Source of the DNA: Formosa sp. Hel1_33_131
Lineage (GTDB): Bacteria; Bacteroidota; Bacteroidia; Flavobacteriales; Flavobacteriaceae
Assembly: GCF_001735745.1 (NCBI RefSeq)
Contig: NZ_CP017260.1
Coordinates: 2,250,001 to 2,282,000, forward strand
Reading direction: 5' to 3'
Length of the DNA: 32,000 bases
In this document: piece after piece, positions 18,143-27,773 of the stretch
Layout: each line of letters begins with the position of its first letter
Numbering within the stretch: position 1 is the stretch's first letter
Program-made: the position numbers and the translations under genes
Notes under the pieces: model-generated
Database searches by the model: none
Told to the model about the DNA's origin: nothing
Seen by the model: only the letters and a program-made list of their open reading frames with translations

Positions 18143-20689
18143 ATGGTAGAAGGAGAAAAGTTAATCCCCATTAATATAGAAGATGAAATGAAGTCAGCTT
18201 ACATCGATTATTCGATGTCGGTAATAGTGTCTCGGGCACTTCCTGACGTAAGGGATGGATTAAAACCTGTGCATCGCCGGGTCTTATTTGGAATGCATGA
18301 ACTTGGTGTTCGATCCAATACAGCGCACAAAAAATCGGCAAGAATTGTTGGTGAAGTTTTAGGTAAGTATCACCCACACGGAGATACCTCTGTTTATGAC
18401 GCAATGGTTCGTATGGCTCAAGAATGGAGTTTGCGATATATGCTGGTTGATGGGCAAGGGAATTTTGGGTCGATTGATGGTGACAGTCCTGCAGCAATGC
18501 GTTATACAGAAGCCAGAATGCGTAAAATATCGGAAGATATGCTTGCGGATATTGATAAGGAAACGGTTGATCATAAGTTAAATTTTGATGATACACTTCA
18601 AGAACCTACTGTATTACCAACACGAATTCCAGGCCTATTAGTAAATGGTGCTTCAGGAATTGCTGTGGGTATGGCCACCAACATGCCTCCTCACAACCTT
18701 TCGGAAGTAGTGGATGGAATTACAGCATATATAGATAACACAGACATCGATATTGATGAATTAATCACATATGTTAAAGCACCTGATTTTCCTACAGGAG
18801 GAATTATTTATGGCTATGATGGTGTGAAAGAAGCGTTTAAAACAGGTCGTGGCCGTGTCGTTATGCGTGCCAAAGCGAATATAGAAGACGTGAATGGACG
18901 TGAGTGCATAATCGTTACCGAAATTCCATACCAAGTCAATAAAGCAGACATGATTAAGAAAACTGCTGATTTGGTGAATGATAAAAAGATGGAAGGGATT
19001 TCTACCATTCGTGATGAATCAGATAGAAATGGAATGCGCATTGTTTATGTTTTAAAAAGAGATGCCATTCCTAATATTGTCTTAAATAAACTTTATAAAT
19101 ATACAGCACTTCAGTCTTCTTTTAGTGTGAATAATATTGCGTTGGTAAATGGACGCCCAGAAATGTTGAATCTAAAAGATATGATTCATCATTTTGTAGA
19201 GCACCGTCACGAAGTGGTCGTACGTCGTACAACCTACGAACTTAGAAAAGCCGAAGAACGCGCTCATATATTAGAAGGATTGATCATTGCTTCCGATAAT
19301 ATCGATGAAGTCATCGCAATTATTAGAGGTTGTTCAAATGCTGAAGAAGCCCGTGAAAAATTAATCGAACGTTTTAAACTGAGCGAACTACAATCCAAAG
19401 CGATTGTTGAAATGCGATTAAGACAATTAACAGGCTTAGAACAAGATAAATTACGTGGCGAGTACGATGCAATCATGAAAACGATTGATGAGTTAAAAGA
19501 CATTCTTGATAAAAAAGAACGTCGTATGCTCATCATTAAAGAAGAGCTTGCTGTTGTTAAAGATAAGTATGGTGATGAACGTCGCTCTGTGATTGAATAT
19601 GCTGGAGGTGATTTATCGATTGAGGACATGATTCCTAATGAGCAAGTTGTCATTACAATTTCACATGCAGGGTATATCAAACGTACGTCATTAACAGAAT
19701 ATAGAACTCAAAATAGAGGTGGAGTTGGACAAAAAGCATCCACCACTCGTAACGAAGATTTCTTAGAACATTTATTTGTAGGAACCAACCACCAGTATAT
19801 GTTGTTCTTCACTCAAAAAGGAAAATGTTTCTGGATGCGTGTTTATGAAATCCCAGAAGGTAGTAAAACGTCTAAGGGGCGCGCCATTCAAAATTTAATA
19901 AACATAGAACAAGACGATAAAGTCAAAGCGTTTATTTGTACTCAGGATTTAAAAGACGAAGAATACACGAATTCGCACTATGTGATTATGGCCACCAAAA
20001 AAGGTCAGGTTAAAAAAACATCTTTAGAACAATATTCTCGACCAAGAACGAATGGAATTAATGCCATTACGATCAAAGAAGATGATGAATTACTAGAAGC
20101 AAAACTTACCACAGGCGAAAGTCAAGTGATGTTAGCATTAAAATCTGGGAAAGCCATTCGATTTGAAGAAGCCAAAACCCGTCCAATGGGCCGTGGTGCT
20201 TCAGGAGTTCGCGGGATTACTTTAGCGCATGAAGCGGATGAGGTGATCGGAATGATTGCTGTAGATGACATGGAAAGTAACATCCTAGTCGTATCTGAAA
20301 ACGGCTATGGTAAACGATCTAGCTTGGAAGATTACCGAATCACAAATAGAGGTGGAAAAGGTGTCAAGACCATTTCAATTACAGATAAAACAGGTAATTT
20401 AGTATCCATCAAAAATGTAACCGATGAAGATGATTTAATGATCATTAATAAATCAGGCGTTGCAATCCGATTGGCTGTAGAAGATTTAAGAGTGATGGGA
20501 CGTGCCACACAAGGCGTTCGTTTGATCAACCTTAAAGGGAATGATTCGATTGCTGCCGTTGCAAAAGTAATGCGGGAAGATGAAGAAGACATCGAAGCAA
20601 TTGAAGGTTTAACGGAAGAAGGCGCTGAAGAAACCACAGGTGCTACTGAAACAGATGACACAACTGTTGATACTCAAGAAGAAGAATAA
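18143..20689 (+). CDS. gyrA: DNA gyrase subunit A
   Basis: [25 protein letters not shown]-type segment [17 protein letters not shown]. Active-site Tyr in [10 protein letters not shown]. Acidic C-terminal tail. Confidence 0.95.
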   Translation: MVEGEKLIPINIEDEMKSAYIDYSMSVIVSRALPDVRDGLKPVHRRVLFGMHELGVRSNTAHKKSARIVGEVLGKYHPHGDTSVYDAMVRMAQEWSLRYMLVDGQGNFGSIDGDSPAAMRYTEARMRKISEDMLADIDKETVDHKLNFDDTLQEPTVLPTRIPGLLVNGASGIAVGMATNMPPHNLSEVVDGITAYIDNTDIDIDELITYVKAPDFPTGGIIYGYDGVKEAFKTGRGRVVMRAKANIEDVNGRECIIVTEIPYQVNKADMIKKTADLVNDKKMEGISTIRDESDRNGMRIVYVLKRDAIPNIVLNKLYKYTALQSSFSVNNIALVNGRPEMLNLKDMIHHFVEHRHEVVVRRTTYELRKAEERAHILEGLIIASDNIDEVIAIIRGCSNAEEAREKLIERFKLSELQSKAIVEMRLRQLTGLEQDKLRGEYDAIMKTIDELKDILDKKERRMLIIKEELAVVKDKYGDERRSVIEYAGGDLSIEDMIPNEQVVITISHAGYIKRTSLTEYRTQNRGGVGQKASTTRNEDFLEHLFVGTNHQYMLFFTQKGKCFWMRVYEIPEGSKTSKGRAIQNLINIEQDDKVKAFICTQDLKDEEYTNSHYVIMATKKGQVKKTSLEQYSRPRTNGINAITIKEDDELLEAKLTTGESQVMLALKSGKAIRFEEAKTRPMGRGASGVRGITLAHEADEVIGMIAVDDMESNILVVSENGYGKRSSLEDYRITNRGGKGVKTISITDKTGNLVSIKNVTDEDDLMIINKSGVAIRLAVEDLRVMGRATQGVRLINLKGNDSIAAVAKVMREDEEDIEAIEGLTEEGAEETTGATETDDTTVDTQEEE

Positions 20690-20721
20690 CTATTAATACT
20701 AACTATTAAAATTTAAATAAG

Positions 20722-21978
20722 ATGAAAAAATATCTTGTATTTGTAATAGCACTAACTCTAGGATTTTCTGCTGTTGCCCAAAAGAAAGAAATTAAAACAG
20801 CGACGAAGGAGATAGCAAAGGGAAATTATGAAAAAGCAGGCGTGGCACTTGATGCTGCCGAAGCACTTTTAGGTTCTATGGACGAAAAATATAAAAGTCA
20901 ATATTACTTACAAAGAAGTATCTATTACCTAAACAATGGCGAGCCCGATTTTAGTACCATCAAAAAATCGATTGAAGCTTTAAAATTAGTCACTGCACCA
21001 GCGCAGGCACAAGGAGTTAAAGATCAAACGCTAAATTTAAAAGCCCATTTGGTTAATAAAGGAAGTTCCCTTTTGAGAACAGATGAATATGAAGCATCTT
21101 CAGGTTATTTTGAAAACGCCTATAAATTATCTCCTAACGATACGGTTTATTTGTTTTATGCTGCTTCTACAGCGGTCAATGCCAAGCAATATGACCGTTC
21201 CCTTATGATGTATGAAGAATTGAGAAGTCTAGGTTATACGGGGATTGAAAAAAATTACCTCGCTACAAACAAAGAAACACAAGTTGAAGAAGCGTTTGGT
21301 AATATGATGTTGAGAGACCTTTCGGTGAAAGCTAAATCGCATATCAATCCCAAAGATGAAACCACTAAATCTAAGTTTCCAGAAATCATTAAAAACATCG
21401 CGCTCATATATGTTCAAAATGGAGACAATGAAAAAGCACTTCAAGCCATGGCTGTAGCAAGAGCAGAAGCTCCTGAAGATTTAAATTTATTATTGACAGA
21501 AGCAAATGTTTATTACTCAATGGGTAATACCGTAAAATTTAAAGAGTTGTTGGAAGTTGCCATTCAAAAAGATCCTAATAATTCTGAATTACAATATAAC
21601 TTAGGAGTTATTTCTGCAGAAACGGATGATTTAGAAAGTTCTAAAAAATATTACCAAAGAGCCATCGAATTAAAGCCAGATTATACCAATGCTTATATAA
21701 ATTTAGCGGCTTTAATCTTAGGACAAGAAGAATCAGTGCTAGAGGAAATGAACAAATTAGGATCATCTGCTGCAGACGACCGAAAGTACGATGAATTAAA
21801 AGCAAAGCGAAACCAGTTATACTTAGATGCAATTCCTTATTTAGAAAGTGCATTTGGCATAGATCCAAGCAATTATCAAGCGGCTAAAACCTTAGCAAAC
21901 ATATACAGTGCTGTAGGGAATACGGATAAATACAAAGAATTTAAAGCACTTTCGGATTCATTAAAACCAAAAGAGTAA
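20722..21978 (+). CDS. Tetratricopeptide-repeat protein, secreted
   Basis: Signal peptide MKKYLVFVIALTLGFSAVA|Q. Several TPR-like units (e.g. YYQRAIELKPDYTNAYINLAAL, LQYNLGVI). Confidence 0.6.
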   Translation: MKKYLVFVIALTLGFSAVAQKKEIKTATKEIAKGNYEKAGVALDAAEALLGSMDEKYKSQYYLQRSIYYLNNGEPDFSTIKKSIEALKLVTAPAQAQGVKDQTLNLKAHLVNKGSSLLRTDEYEASSGYFENAYKLSPNDTVYLFYAASTAVNAKQYDRSLMMYEELRSLGYTGIEKNYLATNKETQVEEAFGNMMLRDLSVKAKSHINPKDETTKSKFPEIIKNIALIYVQNGDNEKALQAMAVARAEAPEDLNLLLTEANVYYSMGNTVKFKELLEVAIQKDPNNSELQYNLGVISAETDDLESSKKYYQRAIELKPDYTNAYINLAALILGQEESVLEEMNKLGSSAADDRKYDELKAKRNQLYLDAIPYLESAFGIDPSNYQAAKTLANIYSAVGNTDKYKEFKALSDSLKPKE

Positions 21979-21997
21979 CGTTTAGTTTTACGATATT

Positions 21998-22029
21998 AAA
22001 AAGTCATTCAATTTGAATGACTTTTTTTA
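21998..22029. terminator. Bidirectional rho-independent terminator between convergent genes
   Basis: aagtcattcaa (22001-22011) / ttgaatgactt (22013-22023) form a perfect palindrome flanked by an A-run (21998-22002) and a T-run (22022-22028). Confidence 0.7.
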
Positions 22030-22779
22030 TGGGATAATTTTTTTGATGACTCTCAGTTTGTGAGAGTGTGTTTTAGTATCTACATTATAGATGCCACTTT
22101 GATCGAGGAGGTCAATCCGAACTTTACCATGCGCATGAATAATGTGATGGTCTTCCATGATCATCCCTACATGAATAATCTCCCCTTCATTATTATCAAA
22201 AAAAGCTAAATCACCAGGTTCACTTTCCTCGATAAAACTAAGGGCATCCCCTTGAGATGCTTGTTGAGAGGCATCTCTTAAAATTTTGAATCCATTTAGT
22301 TTATAAACCATTTGAACGAATCCAGAACAGTCAATCCCAAAAGGTGTTTTTCCTCCCCATAAATAAGGAGTGTTGAGGTATAGTATAGCAGTCTCTACAA
22401 GTTTAGATTTGTCTTTAGACCCAATAGCTTTTGCTCCTTCAAATGTATGTTTTAAATAGGAGAGGCCATTAAGCGCTGAACCTAACAAAATAGGATGTAA
22501 TTGTTGTTTTTGATTTGTGATAAAATCAACCAAATCCGTGGTCATTAAAGGATCGGATTTGTGGAGCTCTTTATATTCCAATTCGTCAATAAATTGAAAC
22601 TGTTTATTGTCAATCCATCCTTCATATTTATCAAATCCCAACCGGATGCGACTCCAAGATTTACGGTGCTCTAAAACCTTAAAATGATCGCCATAGAGTA
22701 CTTGCGAAATTAATTCGCTCGTATCCGTAGCTTCAGATCTTAAAGCAACAACGCTGAGGTAGCAAAGGCCGTATTGCAT
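22027..22779 (-). CDS. C40-family (NlpC/P60) peptidoglycan peptidase with N-terminal SH3b-like domain
   Basis: YLWGGKTPFGIDCSGFVQMVY (catalytic Cys), GDLAFF, and IIHVGM (His). Confidence 0.8.
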   Translation of the reverse strand: MQYGLCYLSVVALRSEATDTSELISQVLYGDHFKVLEHRKSWSRIRLGFDKYEGWIDNKQFQFIDELEYKELHKSDPLMTTDLVDFITNQKQQLHPILLGSALNGLSYLKHTFEGAKAIGSKDKSKLVETAILYLNTPYLWGGKTPFGIDCSGFVQMVYKLNGFKILRDASQQASQGDALSFIEESEPGDLAFFDNNEGEIIHVGMIMEDHHIIHAHGKVRIDLLDQSGIYNVDTKTHSHKLRVIKKIIP

Positions 22780-22782
22780 TCC

Positions 22783-23964
22783 TTAAATATTTCGTTCTAG
22801 GATCAATGCCGAAGCACCGCCACCGCCATTACAAATCGCTGCAGCTCCAATTTTCCCATTATTTTGTTCGAGGACACTCAATAAGGTTACCACAATTCGA
22901 GCACCCGAACATCCAAGGGGGTGGCCTAAAGAAACGGCACCTCCATTGACATTTACATTTGAATCGTTTAGCCCCAATAATTTCATGTTTGCTAAGCCCA
23001 CTACCGAAAATGCTTCATTGAATTCAAAGAAATCTACTTCCGAAATATCAATCGCTGCTTTTGCCAATGCTTTAGGCAGTGCTTTTGAAGGTGCTACAGT
23101 GAACCATTCGGGTTCTCTTGCAGCATCGGCATAGCCTTTTATAGTGGCTAAAGGTTTCAAACCTAATTCTTTTGCTTTTTCTTTACTCATAAGGACCAAT
23201 GCAGCGGCACCATCATTTATGGTGGATGCATTTGCAGCGGTTACAGTTCCGTCTTTTGTGAAAGCAGCACGCAAGCTCGGTATTTTTTCTAAACGAACGT
23301 TTGTGTATTCTTCATCTCTATCGACAACAATAGGTTCTCCTCTTCGTTGTGGGACTTCTACAGGAACCACTTCAGAATCAAATTTACCTTCATTCCATGC
23401 ATCTGTAGAGCGTTTGTACGATTGAATCGCAAAAGCATCTTGTGCTTCTCTTGTAAACTTATATTCTGTTGCACAAGTATCTGCAAAAATTCCCATGGCT
23501 TGATTTGCATAAGCATCCACCAAACCATCTTTCTGTAAGCCATCATCAAATGTCACGGAGCCAAATTTATGTGCCGAACGTGCATGGTGATAGTGCGGAA
23601 TTGAACTCATGTTTTCCATACCACCCGCAACAATAATATCAGCATCTCCCAAAGCAATTGATTGGGCGGCTTGCATAATCGTTTTCATTCCAGAGGCACA
23701 AACTTTGTTGACCGTGGTACAGGGTACCGAATCAGGAATGCCCGCATAAATAGCGGCCTGTCTTGCTGGGGCTTGCCCAGTGCCAGCTTGTACAACATTG
23801 CCCATTAGAACCTCATCTACAAGTTCAGGGCTTAGATTGATTTTATCAAGCGCGCCTTTAATAGCAATCGCACCTAATTTTGGCGCAGGAACAGAGGATA
23901 AACCTCCTAAAAAACTCCCGATAGGGGTTCTTGCTGCGGATACAATTACAACGTCTTTACTCAT
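22783..23964 (-). CDS. Acetyl-CoA C-acetyltransferase (thiolase II)
   Basis: VNKVCASGMK (acyl-Cys), NVNGGAVSLGHPLGCSGAR, and CNGGGGASA at the C-terminus. 393 aa. Confidence 0.9.
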   Translation of the reverse strand: MSKDVVIVSAARTPIGSFLGGLSSVPAPKLGAIAIKGALDKINLSPELVDEVLMGNVVQAGTGQAPARQAAIYAGIPDSVPCTTVNKVCASGMKTIMQAAQSIALGDADIIVAGGMENMSSIPHYHHARSAHKFGSVTFDDGLQKDGLVDAYANQAMGIFADTCATEYKFTREAQDAFAIQSYKRSTDAWNEGKFDSEVVPVEVPQRRGEPIVVDRDEEYTNVRLEKIPSLRAAFTKDGTVTAANASTINDGAAALVLMSKEKAKELGLKPLATIKGYADAAREPEWFTVAPSKALPKALAKAAIDISEVDFFEFNEAFSVVGLANMKLLGLNDSNVNVNGGAVSLGHPLGCSGARIVVTLLSVLEQNNGKIGAAAICNGGGGASALILERNI

Positions 23965-24183
23965 AATTTAGAATTTAGAGATGGTTCATGCGAAAATAAC
24001 TAAAATTTAGGATATATAAAGTAGTAATATTTTAATATAGAGAGAAAAGATACTTCTTTTTATTACTTTTGGGTGTTGACAATCATATAATGTTAGGATT
24101 AGTTGAAGTATAAGCTCTCCAATTGCGAGATGAACCAACTCATATTAAAGCATGGTGTTTGAAACAATAAATAATAAATACAC

Positions 24184-26232
24184 ATGAAAGATATAATGAA
24201 CCTTTTTCATAAAAATCACTCCTTAATTTATAAGGTCTTTCTTTTTGTGTTGACCACTTTTGTAATTGTCTATTTGTTTCCGAAAAGTGGAACTTTCAGA
24301 TACAGTTTTGAAAAAGGAAAACCTTGGCAGTCCGAAAATCTATACGCACCTTTTGATTTTGCAATCAAAAAAACAGCCGAAGAAATTGAGGCAGAAAAAC
24401 AGCAAATTACACTACAGTCTCCTGTCTTTTTCGATGTGGATACCACCCTAATCACTTCGGTTAAAAAGGAGTATTCTTCAGCATTTGACCGCTTGTTTTT
24501 TGAGCTACCAAGAGACCAAATCAAAATAGACTTATATTATAGGGGAGTTGTACTTTTGGATGAATTGTATCAAAGTGGTGTACTTCAAGATTCATACGAT
24601 TATGATACCAATCAGCAGATCTCTATTTTGGTTGATAAAACGCAAAGTGGGGTCAAACGTTTTGATAGCTTTTTTCTTCAAACGAATTTAAAATCATTTG
24701 TAGAATCGAGTGTGGAAGCTTTGGGTTTAGAAGCCTATAAGCAACGTTACTTGGCACTGTTTTTTGACGTTGTAAAACCCAATGCTCAATTAAACAAAGT
24801 CATTACTCAAATTTCGTTTGAAGAACGCTTAAGTCAAATGAAATTAGTAAGAGGGCGTGTCGATAAGCAAACCCTTATTATCTCAAAAGGGGAAGTGGTT
24901 CAAGGCGATAAGTATGCCGTTCTAAACTCATTAGTGTCTGAATATGAATCACAGGTATGGACCGATTCAAACTATACTCTAGTTGTGACGGCTTATACAG
25001 TTTTGGTTTCATTGGCTTTATTGATGCTATTGTTGTTTATGAAAAAATACAGAATGGAGGTGTTTTCAAACAATACCAAAGTCACCTTTATTTTTTTCAA
25101 TATCGTTTTGATGGTATTCTTAACCACTTTGGTTGTCAACTTCAATTCATCTTATATTTATATTGTTCCCCTGTGTATTTTGCCTTTAATACTGAAAGCC
25201 TTTTTTGATGCCCGATTGGGCTTGTTTACGCATGTGATCACGGTACTATTGTTAGGATTTGTAGTCGCAAATAACTATGAGTATATGTTTTTGCAAATCA
25301 TCGCTGGTATTGTCACAATCTTAACCGTTTCGGAACTTTATAAGCGCGCAAATTTATTTATATCTGTGGGACAAATCACTCTAATATACATAGTGTCTTA
25401 TTTTGCATTTTTTGTAATTCATGAAGGAAGTATTGATAATTTAAAATGGGAAACCTTTTTGTTGTTTGTTTTGTGTGGATTGGCGACGCTGTTTGTGCAG
25501 CCTCTCATATATGTGTATGAAAAACTCTTCGGACTTGTTTCGGATGTATCGTTGTTAGAATTGTCAGATACCAACTCTAAACTCTTGAAAGAACTGTCTG
25601 ATAAGGCGCCAGGAACCTTCCACCACTCTTTAAATGTAGCAAATTTAGCAGAAGCTGCCGCTAACGAAATAGGCGCCAATACAATGCTTGTAAGGGTAGG
25701 AGCCTTGTATCACGATATCGGCAAAATGAAAAACCCTACCTATTTCACCGAAAACCAAATGACAGGAACCAATGCACATGATGAGTTGTCTCCAAAAGAA
25801 AGTGCGAAAATCATTATCAACCATGTTATTGATGGGGTCGAATTGGCTAAGAAAAACAATTTGCCCGACCGTGTTATAGATTTTATTAGAACGCATCATG
25901 GTACAAGTACTGTGTATTACTTTTATAACAAACAAAAAGAGTCGAATTTAGATTTTGAAAATAGTGATTTTTCGTACAATGGACCCAAGCCATTTAATAA
26001 AGAAACGGCCATCCTTATGATGTGTGATAGCGTGGAAGCGGCGTCCAAAAGTTTAAAGGATCCCAATTCCACTAAGATAAATAATTTTGTAGATGCGATT
26101 ATTTCCAAACAAATGGATACAGATCAATTTTTGAATGCAGATATTACTTTGAAAGAAATACAATCCATTAAGAAGGTGTTGAAGCAAAAATTGGCCAACA
26201 TGTACCACTTGCGCATTGAATATCCGGACTAA
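24184..26232 (+). CDS. 7TM receptor with intracellular HD hydrolase domain (PgpH/YqfF-like HDIG phosphohydrolase)
   Basis: N-terminal TM segment plus extracellular region, then ~7 hydrophobic helices (aa ~265-450), then HD domain motifs HHSLNVANLAE, LYHDIGK and THHGTS. Confidence 0.75.
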   Translation: MKDIMNLFHKNHSLIYKVFLFVLTTFVIVYLFPKSGTFRYSFEKGKPWQSENLYAPFDFAIKKTAEEIEAEKQQITLQSPVFFDVDTTLITSVKKEYSSAFDRLFFELPRDQIKIDLYYRGVVLLDELYQSGVLQDSYDYDTNQQISILVDKTQSGVKRFDSFFLQTNLKSFVESSVEALGLEAYKQRYLALFFDVVKPNAQLNKVITQISFEERLSQMKLVRGRVDKQTLIISKGEVVQGDKYAVLNSLVSEYESQVWTDSNYTLVVTAYTVLVSLALLMLLLFMKKYRMEVFSNNTKVTFIFFNIVLMVFLTTLVVNFNSSYIYIVPLCILPLILKAFFDARLGLFTHVITVLLLGFVVANNYEYMFLQIIAGIVTILTVSELYKRANLFISVGQITLIYIVSYFAFFVIHEGSIDNLKWETFLLFVLCGLATLFVQPLIYVYEKLFGLVSDVSLLELSDTNSKLLKELSDKAPGTFHHSLNVANLAEAAANEIGANTMLVRVGALYHDIGKMKNPTYFTENQMTGTNAHDELSPKESAKIIINHVIDGVELAKKNNLPDRVIDFIRTHHGTSTVYYFYNKQKESNLDFENSDFSYNGPKPFNKETAILMMCDSVEAASKSLKDPNSTKINNFVDAIISKQMDTDQFLNADITLKEIQSIKKVLKQKLANMYHLRIEYPD

Positions 26233-26266
26233 ATTAAAAAAGCTTACAAAAAAGTAAAAAAATAGT

Positions 26267-26297
26267 TTGCGTTCTAGATAATGAAAAGTTACATTTG
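26267..26297 (+). promoter_or_regulatory. Bacteroidota sigma-A-type promoter of the tRNA operon
   Basis: TTG (26267-26269), a 20-nt spacer, then TACATTTG (26290-26297), matching the -33 TTG / -7 TAnnTTTG consensus. It lies ~36 nt upstream of tRNA-Ser. Confidence 0.55.
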
Positions 26298-26332
26298 CAA
26301 CCGCAATTTTAATTGCTGAAGTTCATTTAATA

Positions 26333-26416
26333 GGAGAGGTGCCAGAGTGGTAATGGAGCAGATTGCTAATCTGTCGACGGGTAACTGTCGCCAGGGTTCG
26401 AGTCCCTGTCTCTCCG
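26333..26416 (+). tRNA. tRNA-Ser (anticodon GCT)
   Basis: Acceptor ggagagg/tctctcc. Anticodon arm gcaga-ttGCTaa-tctgt. Long variable arm cgacgggtaactgtcg. T-arm cagggttcgagtccctg. Confidence 0.9.
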
Positions 26417-26447
26417 CAAGAAGTAAATTAACAACAGATAATCAATT

Positions 26448-26522
26448 CGGGGTGTAGCGTAGCCCGGTTATCGCGCCACGTTTGGGACGTGGAGGCCGCA
26501 GGTTCGAATCCTGCCACCCCGA
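26448..26522 (+). tRNA. tRNA-Pro (anticodon TGG), copy 1
   Basis: Acceptor cggggtg/caccccg. Anticodon arm ccacg-ttTGGga-cgtgg. T-arm gcaggttcgaatcctgc. 75 nt, 100% identical to 26910-26984. Confidence 0.9.
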
Positions 26523-26528
26523 CAAAGA

Positions 26529-26560
26529 GGTCGTCACGCTAGAAGCGTGACCACCCCGAC
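26529..26560 (+). repeat. tRNA-end fragment: first 5 nt of tRNA-Arg, then a GTCACGC hairpin, then a duplicated tRNA-Pro 3' end
   Basis: ggtcg (as at the start of tRNA-Arg, 26991), then gtcacgc-tagaa-gcgtgac (26533-26551), then caccccgac (26552-26560, identical to 26515-26523). Confidence 0.75.
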
Positions 26561-26668
26561 TAAAGTGTTTTCGTTTATTCGTAGGCACTTTTAAAATTAA
26601 TAGAATGTCTGTTGTTAATTTGTTTTTTAGTTTTTAATTTATTTTAAGAACAAATTTGATAACAAATT

Positions 26669-26786
26669 CGGGGTGTATCACGCAGAAAATGCGTGACAGG
26701 ACGTAGCCCGGCTTGCAAAGCCAACGGAATTGTTATCGCGCCACGTTTGGGACGTGGAGGCCGTCACGCTGAGGCGTGACCACCAC
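26669..26786 (+). pseudogene. tRNA-Pro(TGG)-derived pseudogene interrupted by three short hairpin-forming segments
   Basis: The segments cggggtgta, cgtagcccgg and ttatcgcgccacgtttgggacgtggaggccg are identical to the intact gene. They are interrupted by tcacgcagaaaatgcgtgacagga (26678-26701) and cttgcaaagccaacggaattg (26712-26732). The T-arm is replaced by tcacgctgaggcgtgac (26764-26780), and the 3' acceptor is degenerate (caccac). Confidence 0.8.
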
Positions 26787-26909
26787 ATTAAAAAGGATAT
26801 GAATGAATTTTCATGTATTTTTTAGTTAAGTTCATAGTAGAAGTGAAGCATTAATTTTGGAGCGTAAAATCAAAAAAAGAGGTGCGAGAAGATATTTAGA
26901 TAACCAATT

Positions 26910-26984
26910 CGGGGTGTAGCGTAGCCCGGTTATCGCGCCACGTTTGGGACGTGGAGGCCGCAGGTTCGAATCCTGCCACCCCGA
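26910..26984 (+). tRNA. tRNA-Pro (anticodon TGG), copy 2
   Basis: Identical to 26448-26522, offset 462 nt. Confidence 0.9.
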
Positions 26985-26990
26985 CAAAGA

Positions 26991-27064
26991 GGTCGCATAG
27001 CTCAGCTGGATAGAGCACCTCCCTTCTAAGGAGGCGGTCCTAGGTTCGAATCCTAGTGCGATCA
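26991..27064 (+). tRNA. tRNA-Arg (anticodon TCT)
   Basis: Acceptor ggtcgca/tgcgatc. D-arm tagctcagctggatagagc. Anticodon arm cctcc-ctTCTaa-ggagg. T-arm ctaggttcgaatcctag. Only 6 nt separate it from tRNA-Pro. Confidence 0.9.
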
Positions 27065-27067
27065 CTT

Positions 27068-27096
27068 AAAGCTTCACAGAAATGTGAGGCTTTTTT
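27068..27096 (+). terminator. Rho-independent terminator of the tRNA operon
   Basis: gcttcaca (27071-27078), loop gaaa, tgtgaggc (27083-27090), followed by tttttt (27091-27096). Confidence 0.75.
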
Positions 27097-27209
27097 GTTT
27101 GTATCCTTTTATTGACAGGGTATACAGAGCTTCTCTACATTGAAATCATTTTTTAAAAGAGCTTTTGTAAAAATAGCTTTTTACTTTAATTAATCAAAAT
27201 TTATAAATA

Positions 27210-27244
27210 TTTGACAGACATTTGACAGACATTTTCCTGACAAA
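27210..27244 (+). repeat. Tandem TTTGACAGACA direct repeats
   Basis: tttgacagaca occurs twice (27210-27220, 27221-27231), followed by a degenerate third unit ttttcctgacaaaa. A related ttgacag lies at 27112-27118. Confidence 0.7.
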
Positions 27245-27403
27245 ATTCTCCAATTTAGGGGCTTAGTTAGTAATATTAATATTTTTTTTGCCACACTTCC
27301 ACTACTAACTTGAATTGTCCTGAGTAAAAACCCAAAAAAACTAGACTTACCAATCCATAATAATAACACCCCACTACCTAAATAATATCACTTTCCTTTT
27401 TAG

Positions 27404-27773
27404 GGTTATCTTCGTAGAACAGGGTATTACCCAAAACCTAAGCTTGTGAAATAATTTATTGGTTACCATTATACAGATGAAATAGGGGTTAAAACTATGT
27501 AAACGAAGTTATTAGTCTACGTATTAAGAGTATTTTTGTTAAGCGTTATAAAACTTCGTGCAGGGGTTACCTTCTATCTCTTTACGAAAGACTGTGTATT
27601 GTCTTTTCAAATTTATATTAGATCATAAAAAAGGATTAACCTTTACGATTAACCCTGATTACAATTTATTTATAATGTGATTTTTATCACATAAAAACAA
27701 AGGGCTAACGTTTTTGTTAACCCCATGTTTTGTTAGGGAGTGTAAAATGTGGCAGAGGGGTTACCTTTATCTC
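27404..27773. repeat. ORF-free region dense in GGGTTA-type motifs, direct repeats and hairpins (candidate ori/iteron or recombinase-binding region)
   Basis: Motifs: gggttatc 27404, palindrome gggtattaccc 27422-27432, ggttacc 27461, ggggttaaaac 27485, ggggttaccttctatctc 27563-27580, ggattaacc 27633, gattaaccc 27647, gttaacccc (minus-strand ggggttaac) 27716-27724, and ggggttacctttatctc 27757-27773. Hairpins: acgaagtt/aacttcgt (27503-27510 / 27552-27559) and atgtgat/atcacat (27675-27692). Confidence 0.65.
27692..27724 (-). terminator. Probable terminator of the primase-helicase gene
   Basis: Minus strand: ggggttaac-aaaaac-gttagccc (7/8 bp stem) followed by tttgttttt, ~45 nt downstream of the stop at 27767. 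Confidence 0.5.

Noticed and set aside
18171-20661. Several minus-strand and alternative-frame ORFs within gyrA (18171-18596, 18359-18574, 18396-18581, 18814-19041, 19264-19680, 20332-20661)
   Set aside because: They are embedded in a highly conserved essential gene. They have Ser/Ile/Leu-rich low-complexity translations typical of antisense frames of AT-rich coding DNA.
26533-26780. CRISPR array interpretation of the repeated GTCACGC...GCGTGAC hairpins
   Set aside because: There are only three copies, 17-19 nt long, with irregular spacing (~145 and ~85 nt). The flanks are tRNA-derived sequence, and there are no cas genes.
26832-27065. 77-aa minus-strand ORF
   Set aside because: It lies entirely antisense to tRNA-Pro and tRNA-Arg, so it is an artefact of the GC-rich tRNA sequence.
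27112-27244. Reading the repeated TTGACA(G) motifs as sigma-70 -35 promoter boxes
   Set aside because: Bacteroidota housekeeping promoters use TTG/TAnnTTTG rather than TTGACA/TATAAT, and no appropriately spaced -10/-7 element follows. They are better treated as protein-binding direct repeats of unknown function.
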